A DNA stretch of 27,996 nucleotides, taken from Gammaproteobacteria bacterium. GTDB taxonomy: Bacteria > Pseudomonadota > Gammaproteobacteria > PS1 > Pseudothioglobaceae. Shown here in pieces: positions 9,514 to 19,404 of this stretch. The notes beneath the pieces were generated by a model. It worked only from the letters and a program-made list of their open reading frames with translations. It ran no database searches and had not been told where the DNA came from. The first letter of the stretch is position 1; the number at the start of each line of letters is the position of its first letter. Location of the stretch: contig DQNX01000088.1 in NCBI GenBank assembly GCA_015658965.1, positions 1 to 27,996 of the forward strand, given 5' to 3'. Position numbers and translations under genes: made by a program.

Positions 9514-10170
9514 ATGACTGACTGGATACAACGCTGGAAAGAGGGGAAAATTGGCTGGCACCGAGAGCAAGTAAATACTAAATTAATTGAATTTATTGAT
9601 TGTTTACAGTTAAAGTCTGGCGACACGGTATTTGTACCTTTATGCGGTAAGAGTGGTGATATGCTTTATTTACTTGAACAAGGTTTTAAGGTGATTGGCG
9701 TTGAGTTGAGCCAATTGGCCATTGAACAGTTTTTTGATGAGAATAATAGGACTTATACAATCAATCAAACTGAGAAATTTCAAGTGTATCAAGGCGAAAA
9801 TATTACGCTATATTGTGGTGATTATTTTTCTTTGGAAGCGTCGATGCTAACCTTAGTTTCAGCGGTCTATGATCGCGCTGCGTTAGTCGCTTTAACAGTT
9901 GATTTAAGAGAAAAATATGCGGCGCATTTATACTCTATAATATCAACAGATTGTCGGTTGTTGTTATTAACCTTAAATTATCCGCAATCACAAATAAGTG
10001 GGCCACCTTTTGCCGTTAATGAGGCGGAAGTGGCTTCACTTTTTAGTCAAGGGTTCGAATGTCAGAAATTACAGTGTTTTAATGACATTGAAAATGAGCC
10101 TAAGTTTCTACGCGCTGGCGTAGATTTTATTGAAAAAGCAACTTATTGTTTGCACAAGACCGGAGAGTAA
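9514..10170 (+). CDS. tpm: Thiopurine S-methyltransferase (SAM-dependent)
   Basis: W...W..G..GWH, VFVPLCGKSGDM, GVELSQLAIEQFF, YDRAALVAL, GPPF motifs. ATG at 9514 follows GAGG (ORF track uses TTG 9508). Confidence 0.93.
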   Translation: MTDWIQRWKEGKIGWHREQVNTKLIEFIDCLQLKSGDTVFVPLCGKSGDMLYLLEQGFKVIGVELSQLAIEQFFDENNRTYTINQTEKFQVYQGENITLYCGDYFSLEASMLTLVSAVYDRAALVALTVDLREKYAAHLYSIISTDCRLLLLTLNYPQSQISGPPFAVNEAEVASLFSQGFECQKLQCFNDIENEPKFLRAGVDFIEKATYCLHKTGE

Positions 10171-10174
10171 AAAA

Positions 10175-10507
10175 ATGGCAAAAAAAGTAAAAGGCGTAGT
10201 CGCCCAGTTTGGCACCAAAGGATATGGATTTATTACGGGTGATGATGATGAAAAATATTTTGTTCATCAGAAAAATATTTTTAATAAGTCACGTTTAAAG
10301 GCAAATACACGTGTTATTTTCATTGCAGAAGAATCTGAAAAGGGCTTGGTGGCAACTAACGTTGAGCTAGAGGGTGGTTCTGAAGTGGCTAGCCCGTCAG
10401 AATCAACTTCCACCACCACCACCGCTGTAAAACTTGCATTAAGCCTCTTGTTTATCGCACAAGCTGTGGTTATTTATAAGGTATTTTTTGTAACCGCTGT
10501 AGGCTAG
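10175..10507 (+). CDS. Cold-shock-domain protein with Ser/Thr-rich linker and C-terminal transmembrane helix
   Basis: RNP1 KGYGFI and RNP2 YFVH; hydrophobic tail LALSLLFIAQAVVIYKVFFV. ATG 10175 follows GGAGAG (ORF track start 10130 lies inside tpm). Confidence 0.85.
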   Translation: MAKKVKGVVAQFGTKGYGFITGDDDEKYFVHQKNIFNKSRLKANTRVIFIAEESEKGLVATNVELEGGSEVASPSESTSTTTTAVKLALSLLFIAQAVVIYKVFFVTAVG

Positions 10508-11112
10508 TGAAAAAATTCTTTAGTCTGTTTTTATTACCACTGTTATTGAGCGGCTGTTTTTCAACACCTGCAGTTACAGTGAATAATATTTGTACGCTGA
10601 TGGATGAAGAAGTCAGTTGGTATCGAGCGGTTAAAGCGGCTGAGAAAAAACACGGTGCACCTGCGCATGTCTCGCTCGCGATGATGTATCAAGAGTCAAA
10701 TTTTGCTTCTGATGCCGAACCACCCAGAGAAAAACTGTTTGGTGTTGTGCCTTGGTTCCGGCCGACAAGTGCTTATGGTTTCGCGCAAGCAGTCGATAGT
10801 ACTTGGGAATGGTACCAATTAAAGACCGGAAATTACACCGCAGATCGCGACGATTTTGAAGATGCAGCTGATTTTATTGCCTGGTATATTGATCAATCTT
10901 CAAAGCGCTCAGGCATTGCTAAGTCTGATGCTTATCATCAATATTTGGCTTATCATGAAGGTCATGGTGGCTTTAATAAAAAATCATACAAGAAAAAACC
11001 TTGGTTGATGGAAGTCGCCAAAAAAGTAGAAAAGAATGCCAAGCGCTATCAGCAACAATTAAATCAATGTTCATCAGCCCTTGATAGTAATAGTATCTGG
11101 AGGATTTTTTAA
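10507..11112 (+). CDS. Lipoprotein with SLT-like lytic transglycosylase domain
   Basis: Lipobox LLLSGC after MKK plus hydrophobic stretch; MYQESNF catalytic Glu motif; SAYGFAQA; YLAYHEG. Confidence 0.8.
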   Translation: MKKFFSLFLLPLLLSGCFSTPAVTVNNICTLMDEEVSWYRAVKAAEKKHGAPAHVSLAMMYQESNFASDAEPPREKLFGVVPWFRPTSAYGFAQAVDSTWEWYQLKTGNYTADRDDFEDAADFIAWYIDQSSKRSGIAKSDAYHQYLAYHEGHGGFNKKSYKKKPWLMEVAKKVEKNAKRYQQQLNQCSSALDSNSIWRIF

Positions 11113-11414
11113 TGCCTTCTTGGATAAAGGTTTTGGATCAAGCGCCTAAAGAAGGCACAATGGTAGAAATCACAGTAGCAGGCAAAGATTTGTTTGTAAC
11201 CCTGAATAATGGGCATTTGTATTGTGCAGAAAATCGTTGCCCACATGAGGACATCAAACTTACATTGGGCTGTTTAAAGGGCGATCGAGTTAAGTGTTCA
11301 TTACACGGCTATAGTTTTGACTTGGAAACAGGCGATTCGTCAGAGGTTGATGTCGAGAATATGCAGACCTATCCAGTTAAACAAGAAAACAAACAAATTT
11401 ATATCGAGATTTAA
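11112..11414 (+). CDS. Rieske [2Fe-2S] ferredoxin
   Basis: CPHED...CSLHGYSFDLETG motif pair, 100 aa, soluble. Confidence 0.9.
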   Translation: MPSWIKVLDQAPKEGTMVEITVAGKDLFVTLNNGHLYCAENRCPHEDIKLTLGCLKGDRVKCSLHGYSFDLETGDSSEVDVENMQTYPVKQENKQIYIEI

Positions 11415-11416
11415 TT

Positions 11417-12487
11417 ATGAGTACAGATTCTAAAGCATTAATGAAATCCATTATCCAGCGTATTGCCACCGGCCCTGATTTGAGTAAGAATATTGATTTT
11501 GAAGAAGCCAAAGGCGGCATGCAAGCGGTGCTTCGTGGCGAGATTGATGATGTTCAATCGGCTATTTTCTTAATTGCTTTACGTATGAAGCGCGAAACCA
11601 TGGAAGAAAATGAAGGTATCTTGGCGGCTATTTTAGCTGAGAGTGATAAGCAAACTGTAAATGTCGAGCATTTGGTAGATTTAGGTGATCCATACAGTGG
11701 ATATAATCGATCCATTCCCATTTCGTCTTTTTTACCACCGTTATTAGCTGAACTTGGCTTGCCTACGGTTATTCATGGGCTAGACAGTGTTTCACCTAAG
11801 TTTGGCTTAACCCACCGCCATATTAGTGAGGCGTTAGGCTTGAGTGTTGATCATTCGACGGCCGAGGCGAAAGCAAGAATAGAAAACCCTGATATTGGCT
11901 GGTCATATATAGATCAAGCCAGTTATTGTAAGGGCTTGCATAACATTGTCTCTTTGCGTAATCGTGTGATTAAGCGCACCGTTGTTAATACAGTAGAGAC
12001 ATTGATTGCGCCATTACGCGGCAAAACCACGCACGCTATTTTGGGTTATGTGCATAAACCTTACCCACCAATTTACGCAAACTTGGTTAAAGCGTCGGGT
12101 GTCGATAGTGCTTTATTAATTCGCGGCGTTGAGGGTGGGGTGATCCCGTCACTACGCCAAAAAGGATTAATGATTTCTTATAAAGGCACGGATGAGCAGG
12201 ATCGTGTGGATATTGATCCGGCATCATTGGGGATTGAGCGAGACATGCGCGCCATCTCATTTCCAGGCGAGCTAGATGTGCATCAAAATATTACCGAGTT
12301 GGCGGACTATACAGTTAAGCTGGGTAAATCCGCACTTTCTGGTGAACAAGGTATGTTTTATGACGGTCTAGTTTTATCAGCCAGCTTGGTACTTTGGCAT
12401 ACTAAAAAAGCCGAATCATTAGTGGATGCATCACAGATGGCCAGAGAAGTTCTAGATTCTGGCAAAGCGTTATCACGTCTAACATAG
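11417..12487 (+). CDS. Anthranilate phosphoribosyltransferase-fold protein (TrpD2/YbiB-like), probably non-canonical
   Basis: Helical N-terminal domain (AIFLIALRMKRET) and GT-3/PRT-like layout, but the TrpD GTGGD and KHGNR motifs appear replaced by DPYSGYN and IHGLD. Confidence 0.7.
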   Translation: MSTDSKALMKSIIQRIATGPDLSKNIDFEEAKGGMQAVLRGEIDDVQSAIFLIALRMKRETMEENEGILAAILAESDKQTVNVEHLVDLGDPYSGYNRSIPISSFLPPLLAELGLPTVIHGLDSVSPKFGLTHRHISEALGLSVDHSTAEAKARIENPDIGWSYIDQASYCKGLHNIVSLRNRVIKRTVVNTVETLIAPLRGKTTHAILGYVHKPYPPIYANLVKASGVDSALLIRGVEGGVIPSLRQKGLMISYKGTDEQDRVDIDPASLGIERDMRAISFPGELDVHQNITELADYTVKLGKSALSGEQGMFYDGLVLSASLVLWHTKKAESLVDASQMAREVLDSGKALSRLT

Positions 12488-12541
12488 CTCACTTGTAAAA
12501 AATATGGTATCCTAGCCTCAAACAATACTTTTGGGGTATTA

Positions 12542-14179
12542 ATGAAGGCATCTGATCTATTTGTAAAAGCACTAGAAAACGAAGGTGTTGAATATATTTT
12601 TGGCATCCCTGGTGAAGAAAATCTTGACCTTCTTGATTCACTTAGAAATTCATCCATTAGATTTATTCTTACTCGGCACGAGCAGGCCGCCGCCTTTATG
12701 GCGGCGACTTATGGTCGTTTAACGGGCAGGTCGGGTGTGTGTTTGGCAACGCTCGGGCCAGGAGCAACTAATTTAGTGACCGCCATTGCTTATGCGCAAC
12801 TTGGCGCGATGCCACTGGTGATGATTACTGGGCAGAAGCCGATTAAAGACGGCTTACAAGGTAAATTTCAAATGTTAGACATTGTCAGAATGATGGAGCC
12901 TTTGGTTAAAGATTCTGACCAAATATCTTACGGCGGACAGATTCCATCTTTGGTGCGTGGTGCGTTTAGGATTTCCGAAGAAGAGCGCCCAGGTGCGGTG
13001 CATTTAGAATTGCCTGAAGACGTTGCCAGAGAAGAGGTTGACAATCCGCATGTTTTTTCAAAACAAACCATTCATCGAGTATTTGCCACAGATCAGGCGA
13101 TTTCGAAAGCAACCAAGGTTATTAAATCTGCAAAACGACCGTTATTACTAGTGGGTGCTGGCGCTAATAGAAAGCACATTAGACAACCATTGTCTAATTT
13201 TATTAAAAAAACTGGTATCTTATTTTTTAATACGCAAATGGGCAAAGGTGTTCTGAGTGGTTCTAATGATAACTTTATAGGTACGGCCGCATTTTCATCC
13301 AAAGATTATGTGCATGAAGCCATTAAAAAAGCAGACTTAATTATTAACGTGGGTCATGATATTGTTGAAAAGCCCCCTTTTATTATGAAGGGGGACGAGC
13401 AGCAAGTCATTCATATTAATTTCCACTCTGCCGAGATTAAAGATATTTATTATCCGCAAGTAGAGGTGATTGGTGATATTGGTAATTCAGTGATTAGACT
13501 GGGTGAGAATCTCGATACTTGTTATGCCTGTAATACGCAATGGGTGGATAAAATTCGTCAACGAACTAAGGTTGCTATTCACTCTTTGGATGATGATGAT
13601 TCGTTCCCAATGTTGCCACAACGAGTGGTATCTGATGTGCGCAAGGTGATAAATGATGACGGCATTGTATCACTTGATAACGGCATGTTTAAGCTCTGGT
13701 TTGCAAGACATTATCACGCCCATCAGCCTAATACTTTATTACTCGACAATGCTTTAGCAACGATGGGTGCTGGCTTACCATCAGCTATTGCATGTAGTTT
13801 AATGTATCCAGACAAGCAAGTATTGGCGGTGTGTGGTGATGGTGGTTTTATGATGAATTCACAAGAGCTAGAGACTGCAACACGATTAAAGCTTAATCTG
13901 GTTGTTTTGATTATCAATGATAATGGCTATGGCATGATTAAGTGGAAGCAAGCCGCTCTAGAATTGGATAATTTTGGTTTGGACTTTAACAATCCAGATT
14001 TTGTCAAATATGCTGAGAGTTATGGTGCGATTGGGCACAGAATAGAACAATGTGAGCAGTTAATTCCGACAATGGAAAAAGCGTTTAATACGGGTGGTGT
14101 GCATGTGATTGATTTACCGATTGATTACTCACAAAATACCAAAACACTACTGAATGACTTAAAACAATTTGATTACTAG
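12542..14179 (+). CDS. ThDP-dependent enzyme, acetolactate synthase-like large subunit; candidate 2-oxoglutarate decarboxylase
   Basis: LENEGVEYIFGIPGEENL, RHEQAAAFMA catalytic Glu, TLGPGATN, GDGGFMMN...NDNGYG ThDP/Mg motif; no ilvH-type small subunit adjacent. Confidence 0.85.
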   Translation: MKASDLFVKALENEGVEYIFGIPGEENLDLLDSLRNSSIRFILTRHEQAAAFMAATYGRLTGRSGVCLATLGPGATNLVTAIAYAQLGAMPLVMITGQKPIKDGLQGKFQMLDIVRMMEPLVKDSDQISYGGQIPSLVRGAFRISEEERPGAVHLELPEDVAREEVDNPHVFSKQTIHRVFATDQAISKATKVIKSAKRPLLLVGAGANRKHIRQPLSNFIKKTGILFFNTQMGKGVLSGSNDNFIGTAAFSSKDYVHEAIKKADLIINVGHDIVEKPPFIMKGDEQQVIHINFHSAEIKDIYYPQVEVIGDIGNSVIRLGENLDTCYACNTQWVDKIRQRTKVAIHSLDDDDSFPMLPQRVVSDVRKVINDDGIVSLDNGMFKLWFARHYHAHQPNTLLLDNALATMGAGLPSAIACSLMYPDKQVLAVCGDGGFMMNSQELETATRLKLNLVVLIINDNGYGMIKWKQAALELDNFGLDFNNPDFVKYAESYGAIGHRIEQCEQLIPTMEKAFNTGGVHVIDLPIDYSQNTKTLLNDLKQFDY

Positions 14180-14188
14180 GGTAGACGC

Positions 14189-15571
14189 ATGGCAGTAGAA
14201 AAACTAATTGTTAATCAAGTTTATACTGGTGCAGTATTAGCCGAGTTAGAAATGCATGACAGCACACAGGTGGATAACCTACTATCTACAGCGCTAGCAC
14301 TTCATCAATCAGGTTGCTTGGCAGTATATGAGCGCATCCAAATATTGCAAAAATTGGCTGAATTGGTTGATGCTGAACATGAAGATTTTTCTCGTTTAAT
14401 TGCTAATGAGGGAGGTAAGCCAATTCGGGATGCACGTGTTGAGGTAACGCGTGCAGTAAACGGTATACACATCGCTATTACTGAAATTGAAAATAGCAAA
14501 GGTGTTGAAATACCTATGGATTTAAGCGCTGCAGGCGCTGGCCATAAGGCATTTACTATTTTGGAGCCGATTGGCGTTGTGGTCGCAGTCAGTGCTTTTA
14601 ATCACCCGCTTAATTTAAGCATTCATCAAGTTATTCCAGCCATTGCTACAGGTTGCCCAATAATTATTAAACCCGCATCTGTTACGCCATTGTGCTGTTT
14701 ACGTTTGGCTGAATTAATAGAGCAAGCGGGCCTGCCAAAAGGCTGGGTGCAGGTAGCATTAACCAATCTTGAAAATTCAGAAAAACTCGTTACTGATTCG
14801 CGTGTTGCATTTTTTAGTTTTATTGGCTCAGCAAAAGTTGGCTGGTATTTAAAGTCTAAGTTAGCACCGGGTACGCGCTGCGCCCTAGAGCACGGTGGTG
14901 TAGCGCCACTTATTTTTGCTGAATATGCTGATGAGGATGGATTTATTAATGGTGTGGTAAAAGCCAGTATGTACCATTCAGGTCAGGTTTGTGTCTCCGT
15001 ACAGCGTGTGTACGTACCTCAAGACAGAGCGCAAGCGTTGGCGCAAAAAATTGCCAATGTTGCCGCCAAGCAGGTGGTGGGTGATGCCATTAATGAAGAC
15101 AGTGATTTAGGCCCGTTAATCCTACCGAAAGAAACGGATCGAATTGAGGCCTGGGTGGATGAAGCCATTAAAGAAGGTGCAACACTTATTACAGGAGGAA
15201 AACGCATTAATGCCGTGAGCTTTGAACCAACAGTTTTGCTCAACCCATCTAAAATTTCGAAAGTATCAACGCATGAGATTTTTGGCCCGGTTGTTTGTGT
15301 GTACGCTTATCAAAGCATAGATGATGCGATTAAAGATGCGAATAGTTTAGATGTATCGTTCCAGTCTTCTGTGTTTAGTGATGACGTCGAAGTGGCGATG
15401 GATGTGGCAAAAAAACTCGAAGCCAGTGCGGTGATGATTAATGATTACACCACCTTTAGAGTCGATTGGATGCCGTTTGCTGGGCGCAAACATTCAGGTT
15501 ATGGCATTGGTGGTATTGGCTACACCATGAAAGACATGCTTGAACATAAAATGATCGTAACCAAGGCCTAA
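14189..15571 (+). CDS. NAD(P)+-dependent aldehyde dehydrogenase (ALDH21/RL0313-like); candidate succinic semialdehyde dehydrogenase
   Basis: AFNHP, IIKPAS, FIGSAKVG, LEHGG (Glu), GQVCVS (catalytic Cys), EIFGPV, FRVDWMPF. Confidence 0.88.
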   Translation: MAVEKLIVNQVYTGAVLAELEMHDSTQVDNLLSTALALHQSGCLAVYERIQILQKLAELVDAEHEDFSRLIANEGGKPIRDARVEVTRAVNGIHIAITEIENSKGVEIPMDLSAAGAGHKAFTILEPIGVVVAVSAFNHPLNLSIHQVIPAIATGCPIIIKPASVTPLCCLRLAELIEQAGLPKGWVQVALTNLENSEKLVTDSRVAFFSFIGSAKVGWYLKSKLAPGTRCALEHGGVAPLIFAEYADEDGFINGVVKASMYHSGQVCVSVQRVYVPQDRAQALAQKIANVAAKQVVGDAINEDSDLGPLILPKETDRIEAWVDEAIKEGATLITGGKRINAVSFEPTVLLNPSKISKVSTHEIFGPVVCVYAYQSIDDAIKDANSLDVSFQSSVFSDDVEVAMDVAKKLEASAVMINDYTTFRVDWMPFAGRKHSGYGIGGIGYTMKDMLEHKMIVTKA

Positions 15572-15598
15572 AAGTACAAAGTCTGCCTCGTACTTTTA
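15569..15598. terminator. Possible bidirectional terminator between convergent aldh and msbA
   Basis: Perfect 9-bp inverted repeat TAAAAGTAC-N12-GTACTTTTA covering the 31-nt gap; AT-rich stem, so weak. Confidence 0.45.
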
Positions 15599-15602
15599 AT
15601 CA

Positions 15603-17330
15603 CTAATCTTTGAATTGGTGATTGTAGAGACTGGCGTATTCGCCATTGGCACTTAGCAATTCTTGGTGTGAGCCTTGCTCAATAATCTCACCACGACGTA
15701 ATACTACAATTCTATCGGCTTTTTGAACGGTGCTAAGACGGTGTGCAATAATAATCGTGGTTCGGTCTTTTTGCATTTCATCAATGGCAGCTTGCACTTG
15801 TTTTTCAGTAGCTGAATCGAGCGCTGAAGTGGCCTCATCTAAAATCAAAATTGGGCTGTCCTTGGCAATCGCGCGAGCAATCGCCAAGCGTTGGCGCTGC
15901 CCACCGGAAAGCTTGGCGCCATCTTCGCCAATTTGGGTATCGAATTGACCACTCAGTTCTTGAATAAATTCATGTGCATTAGAAACCTTTGCAGCATGTT
16001 GAATTTGTTCCTCGCTCATTGTATCGATTTGACCGAGTGCAATATTACCTTTAACCGTGTCATTAAATAAGCGTACATTTTGATCAACAAAGGCAATTTG
16101 AGAGCGTAATGAGTCAACTTCAAATTTTCTAATATCAGTGCCATCAATGCTAATAACACCAGAGTCAGGTGAGTAAAATTTAGCCAAAAGCTGAATAATC
16201 GTAGTTTTACCACTGCCCGTGGAGCCAACTAAGGCAACAGTTTCACCCGGTTTAATGTCTAAATTAATTTTATTTAAAACGGTGACATCATCGGCATAAC
16301 TAAAGGATACATCTTTAAATTTAATCGCACCTTTTGAGCTTGTGAGTTGCTGAGTGCCGTCGTTATGCTCTTCGTCTTCATCAATCAGCCCAAACACACT
16401 TTCACCGGCAGCCATGGCGGTTTGTAGTGGTTTGTTAATATTAACCAAACTTTTAGCAGGCTTGACCAGCATGCCCATGGCTGTAAAGAACGACAGAAAC
16501 TCACCTGCACTCATATTTAGCAGGGTAGATGAAAAATACACCACACTGCCTAAAGACAAGCCAATTAAGATATTGACAAATCCCGTATTAAACGCGCCCG
16601 TCATGTCGACTTTAAAGCGTTGCTGACGAATGTTTTTAATCAGATCGTTAAACTTAGTGCTTTCTTGCTTTTGTGCATGATAGATTTTTACCAACGAGCT
16701 ACCTGAAATATTTTCATCTAACAAGTGTGTCATTTGACCCATGGAATTTTGTACTTTTTTCGAGGAGCTGCGCATGCGATTTGATGAAAGTTTAACAGCC
16801 AGATATACCAACGGTAATAAGATAAGCAGCGTTAAACTCAGTTGCCAATTTTTATAAAATAAATAACCAACCAAGATGATAACACTCATGGATGATTTAA
16901 TAAAATCTAGCCAAATACTTGAGGCGGCCGCTGCAATTTGTTCAACATCATAAGTAAGTTTAGACAAGGTTTTGCCAGTAGGATGTTGGTCAAAATAAGA
17001 TTTAGGTAATCTTAATAATTTGGCAAACATGTCCACACGTAAGTCCATAATAACTTTGTTAGAGACCCAAGAACTGGCAGCGGTAGAGGTCATGGCAAAA
17101 ATGGAGCTTAAAACAATAACACTAAATAAAGCCAAAGCATAGATTAAAGCTGTTTGTTGATCGCGCTGCGCAACAAATAATTCATCAACAATACGACCAG
17201 TGATTTCAGGAATGGTGCTTTCTAATGCGGTTGCAAACATCATCATTACCGAGGTAAAGACAAGCTTGCCAATGTGCGCTTTTAAGTAGAAAAATAAGCG
17301 AGAAAAAAACTGTTTATATTGCATTTTCAA
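15603..17330 (-). CDS. msbA: Lipid A/lipopolysaccharide ABC exporter MsbA
   Basis: N-terminal multi-TM domain, Walker A GSTGSGKT, signature LSGGQRQR, Walker B ILILDEATSALD, AHRLST; MsbA-like LTYDVEQ..A motif. Alternative start 17324. Confidence 0.88.
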   Translation of the reverse strand: MKMQYKQFFSRLFFYLKAHIGKLVFTSVMMMFATALESTIPEITGRIVDELFVAQRDQQTALIYALALFSVIVLSSIFAMTSTAASSWVSNKVIMDLRVDMFAKLLRLPKSYFDQHPTGKTLSKLTYDVEQIAAAASSIWLDFIKSSMSVIILVGYLFYKNWQLSLTLLILLPLVYLAVKLSSNRMRSSSKKVQNSMGQMTHLLDENISGSSLVKIYHAQKQESTKFNDLIKNIRQQRFKVDMTGAFNTGFVNILIGLSLGSVVYFSSTLLNMSAGEFLSFFTAMGMLVKPAKSLVNINKPLQTAMAAGESVFGLIDEDEEHNDGTQQLTSSKGAIKFKDVSFSYADDVTVLNKINLDIKPGETVALVGSTGSGKTTIIQLLAKFYSPDSGVISIDGTDIRKFEVDSLRSQIAFVDQNVRLFNDTVKGNIALGQIDTMSEEQIQHAAKVSNAHEFIQELSGQFDTQIGEDGAKLSGGQRQRLAIARAIAKDSPILILDEATSALDSATEKQVQAAIDEMQKDRTTIIIAHRLSTVQKADRIVVLRRGEIIEQGSHQELLSANGEYASLYNHQFKD

Positions 17331-17347
17331 TTATGTTTTATTTTGAT

Positions 17348-17377
17348 TGTCTGTATTATAACGCCTTAGGGTATCAT
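17348..17377. promoter_or_regulatory. Overlapping divergent sigma70-like promoters for msbA and pyrG
   Basis: Plus strand TTGTCT(17348)-N18-TATCAT(17372); minus strand TATAAT at 17355-17360. Both lie in the 73-nt gap. Confidence 0.35.
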
Positions 17378-17379
17378 AA

Positions 17380-19044
<1,665 letters not shown>

Positions 19045-19056
19045 AGACCCCTCTTA

Positions 19057-19404
19057 GTGTTTAAAACTGCTTTAAAACATTGGGGGAAGGATGGTTTTAC
19101 CCAGCACTTTAGAACGGCTATTAAAGCGCTTGATCTTGACTTACTACCCTTAGAAAAATGCTGTAATCACAGCAAAACCATAGACAAAGATTCTATCGAT
19201 GTCATGATTTTATCTAGCTCAGCCAATGATAAAACCATTCATCTAAAAATCGGTGTTTTCTTTTGTGAGGTGCTAACGGGTTGTGCTTGTAGTGATGATG
19301 CGTCTGCCACTGAGATTCGTGAAAATTCGTATTGCGAATTATTAGCGCAGATTGATCGAACCAGTGCACAGATAGAATTTACTTACGTTTCTTACGCTTC
19401 TTAA
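19057..19404 (+). CDS. Cys-rich hypothetical protein (115 aa)
   Basis: GTG start; six Cys (C35, C36, C70, C76, C78, C93) including GCACSDD and YCE; 3' end overlaps der by 26 nt. Confidence 0.65.
   Translation: MFKTALKHWGKDGFTQHFRTAIKALDLDLLPLEKCCNHSKTIDKDSIDVMILSSSANDKTIHLKIGVFFCEVLTGCACSDDASATEIRENSYCELLAQIDRTSAQIEFTYVSYAS

Noticed and set aside
10412-10423. (ACC)4 microsatellite
   Set aside because: An in-frame trinucleotide repeat encoding the Thr linker; too short to suggest phase variation.
11112-11414. Second nirD copy
   Set aside because: A generic Rieske ferredoxin 8 kb from nirB in a different transcription unit; nirD is already present at 2676.
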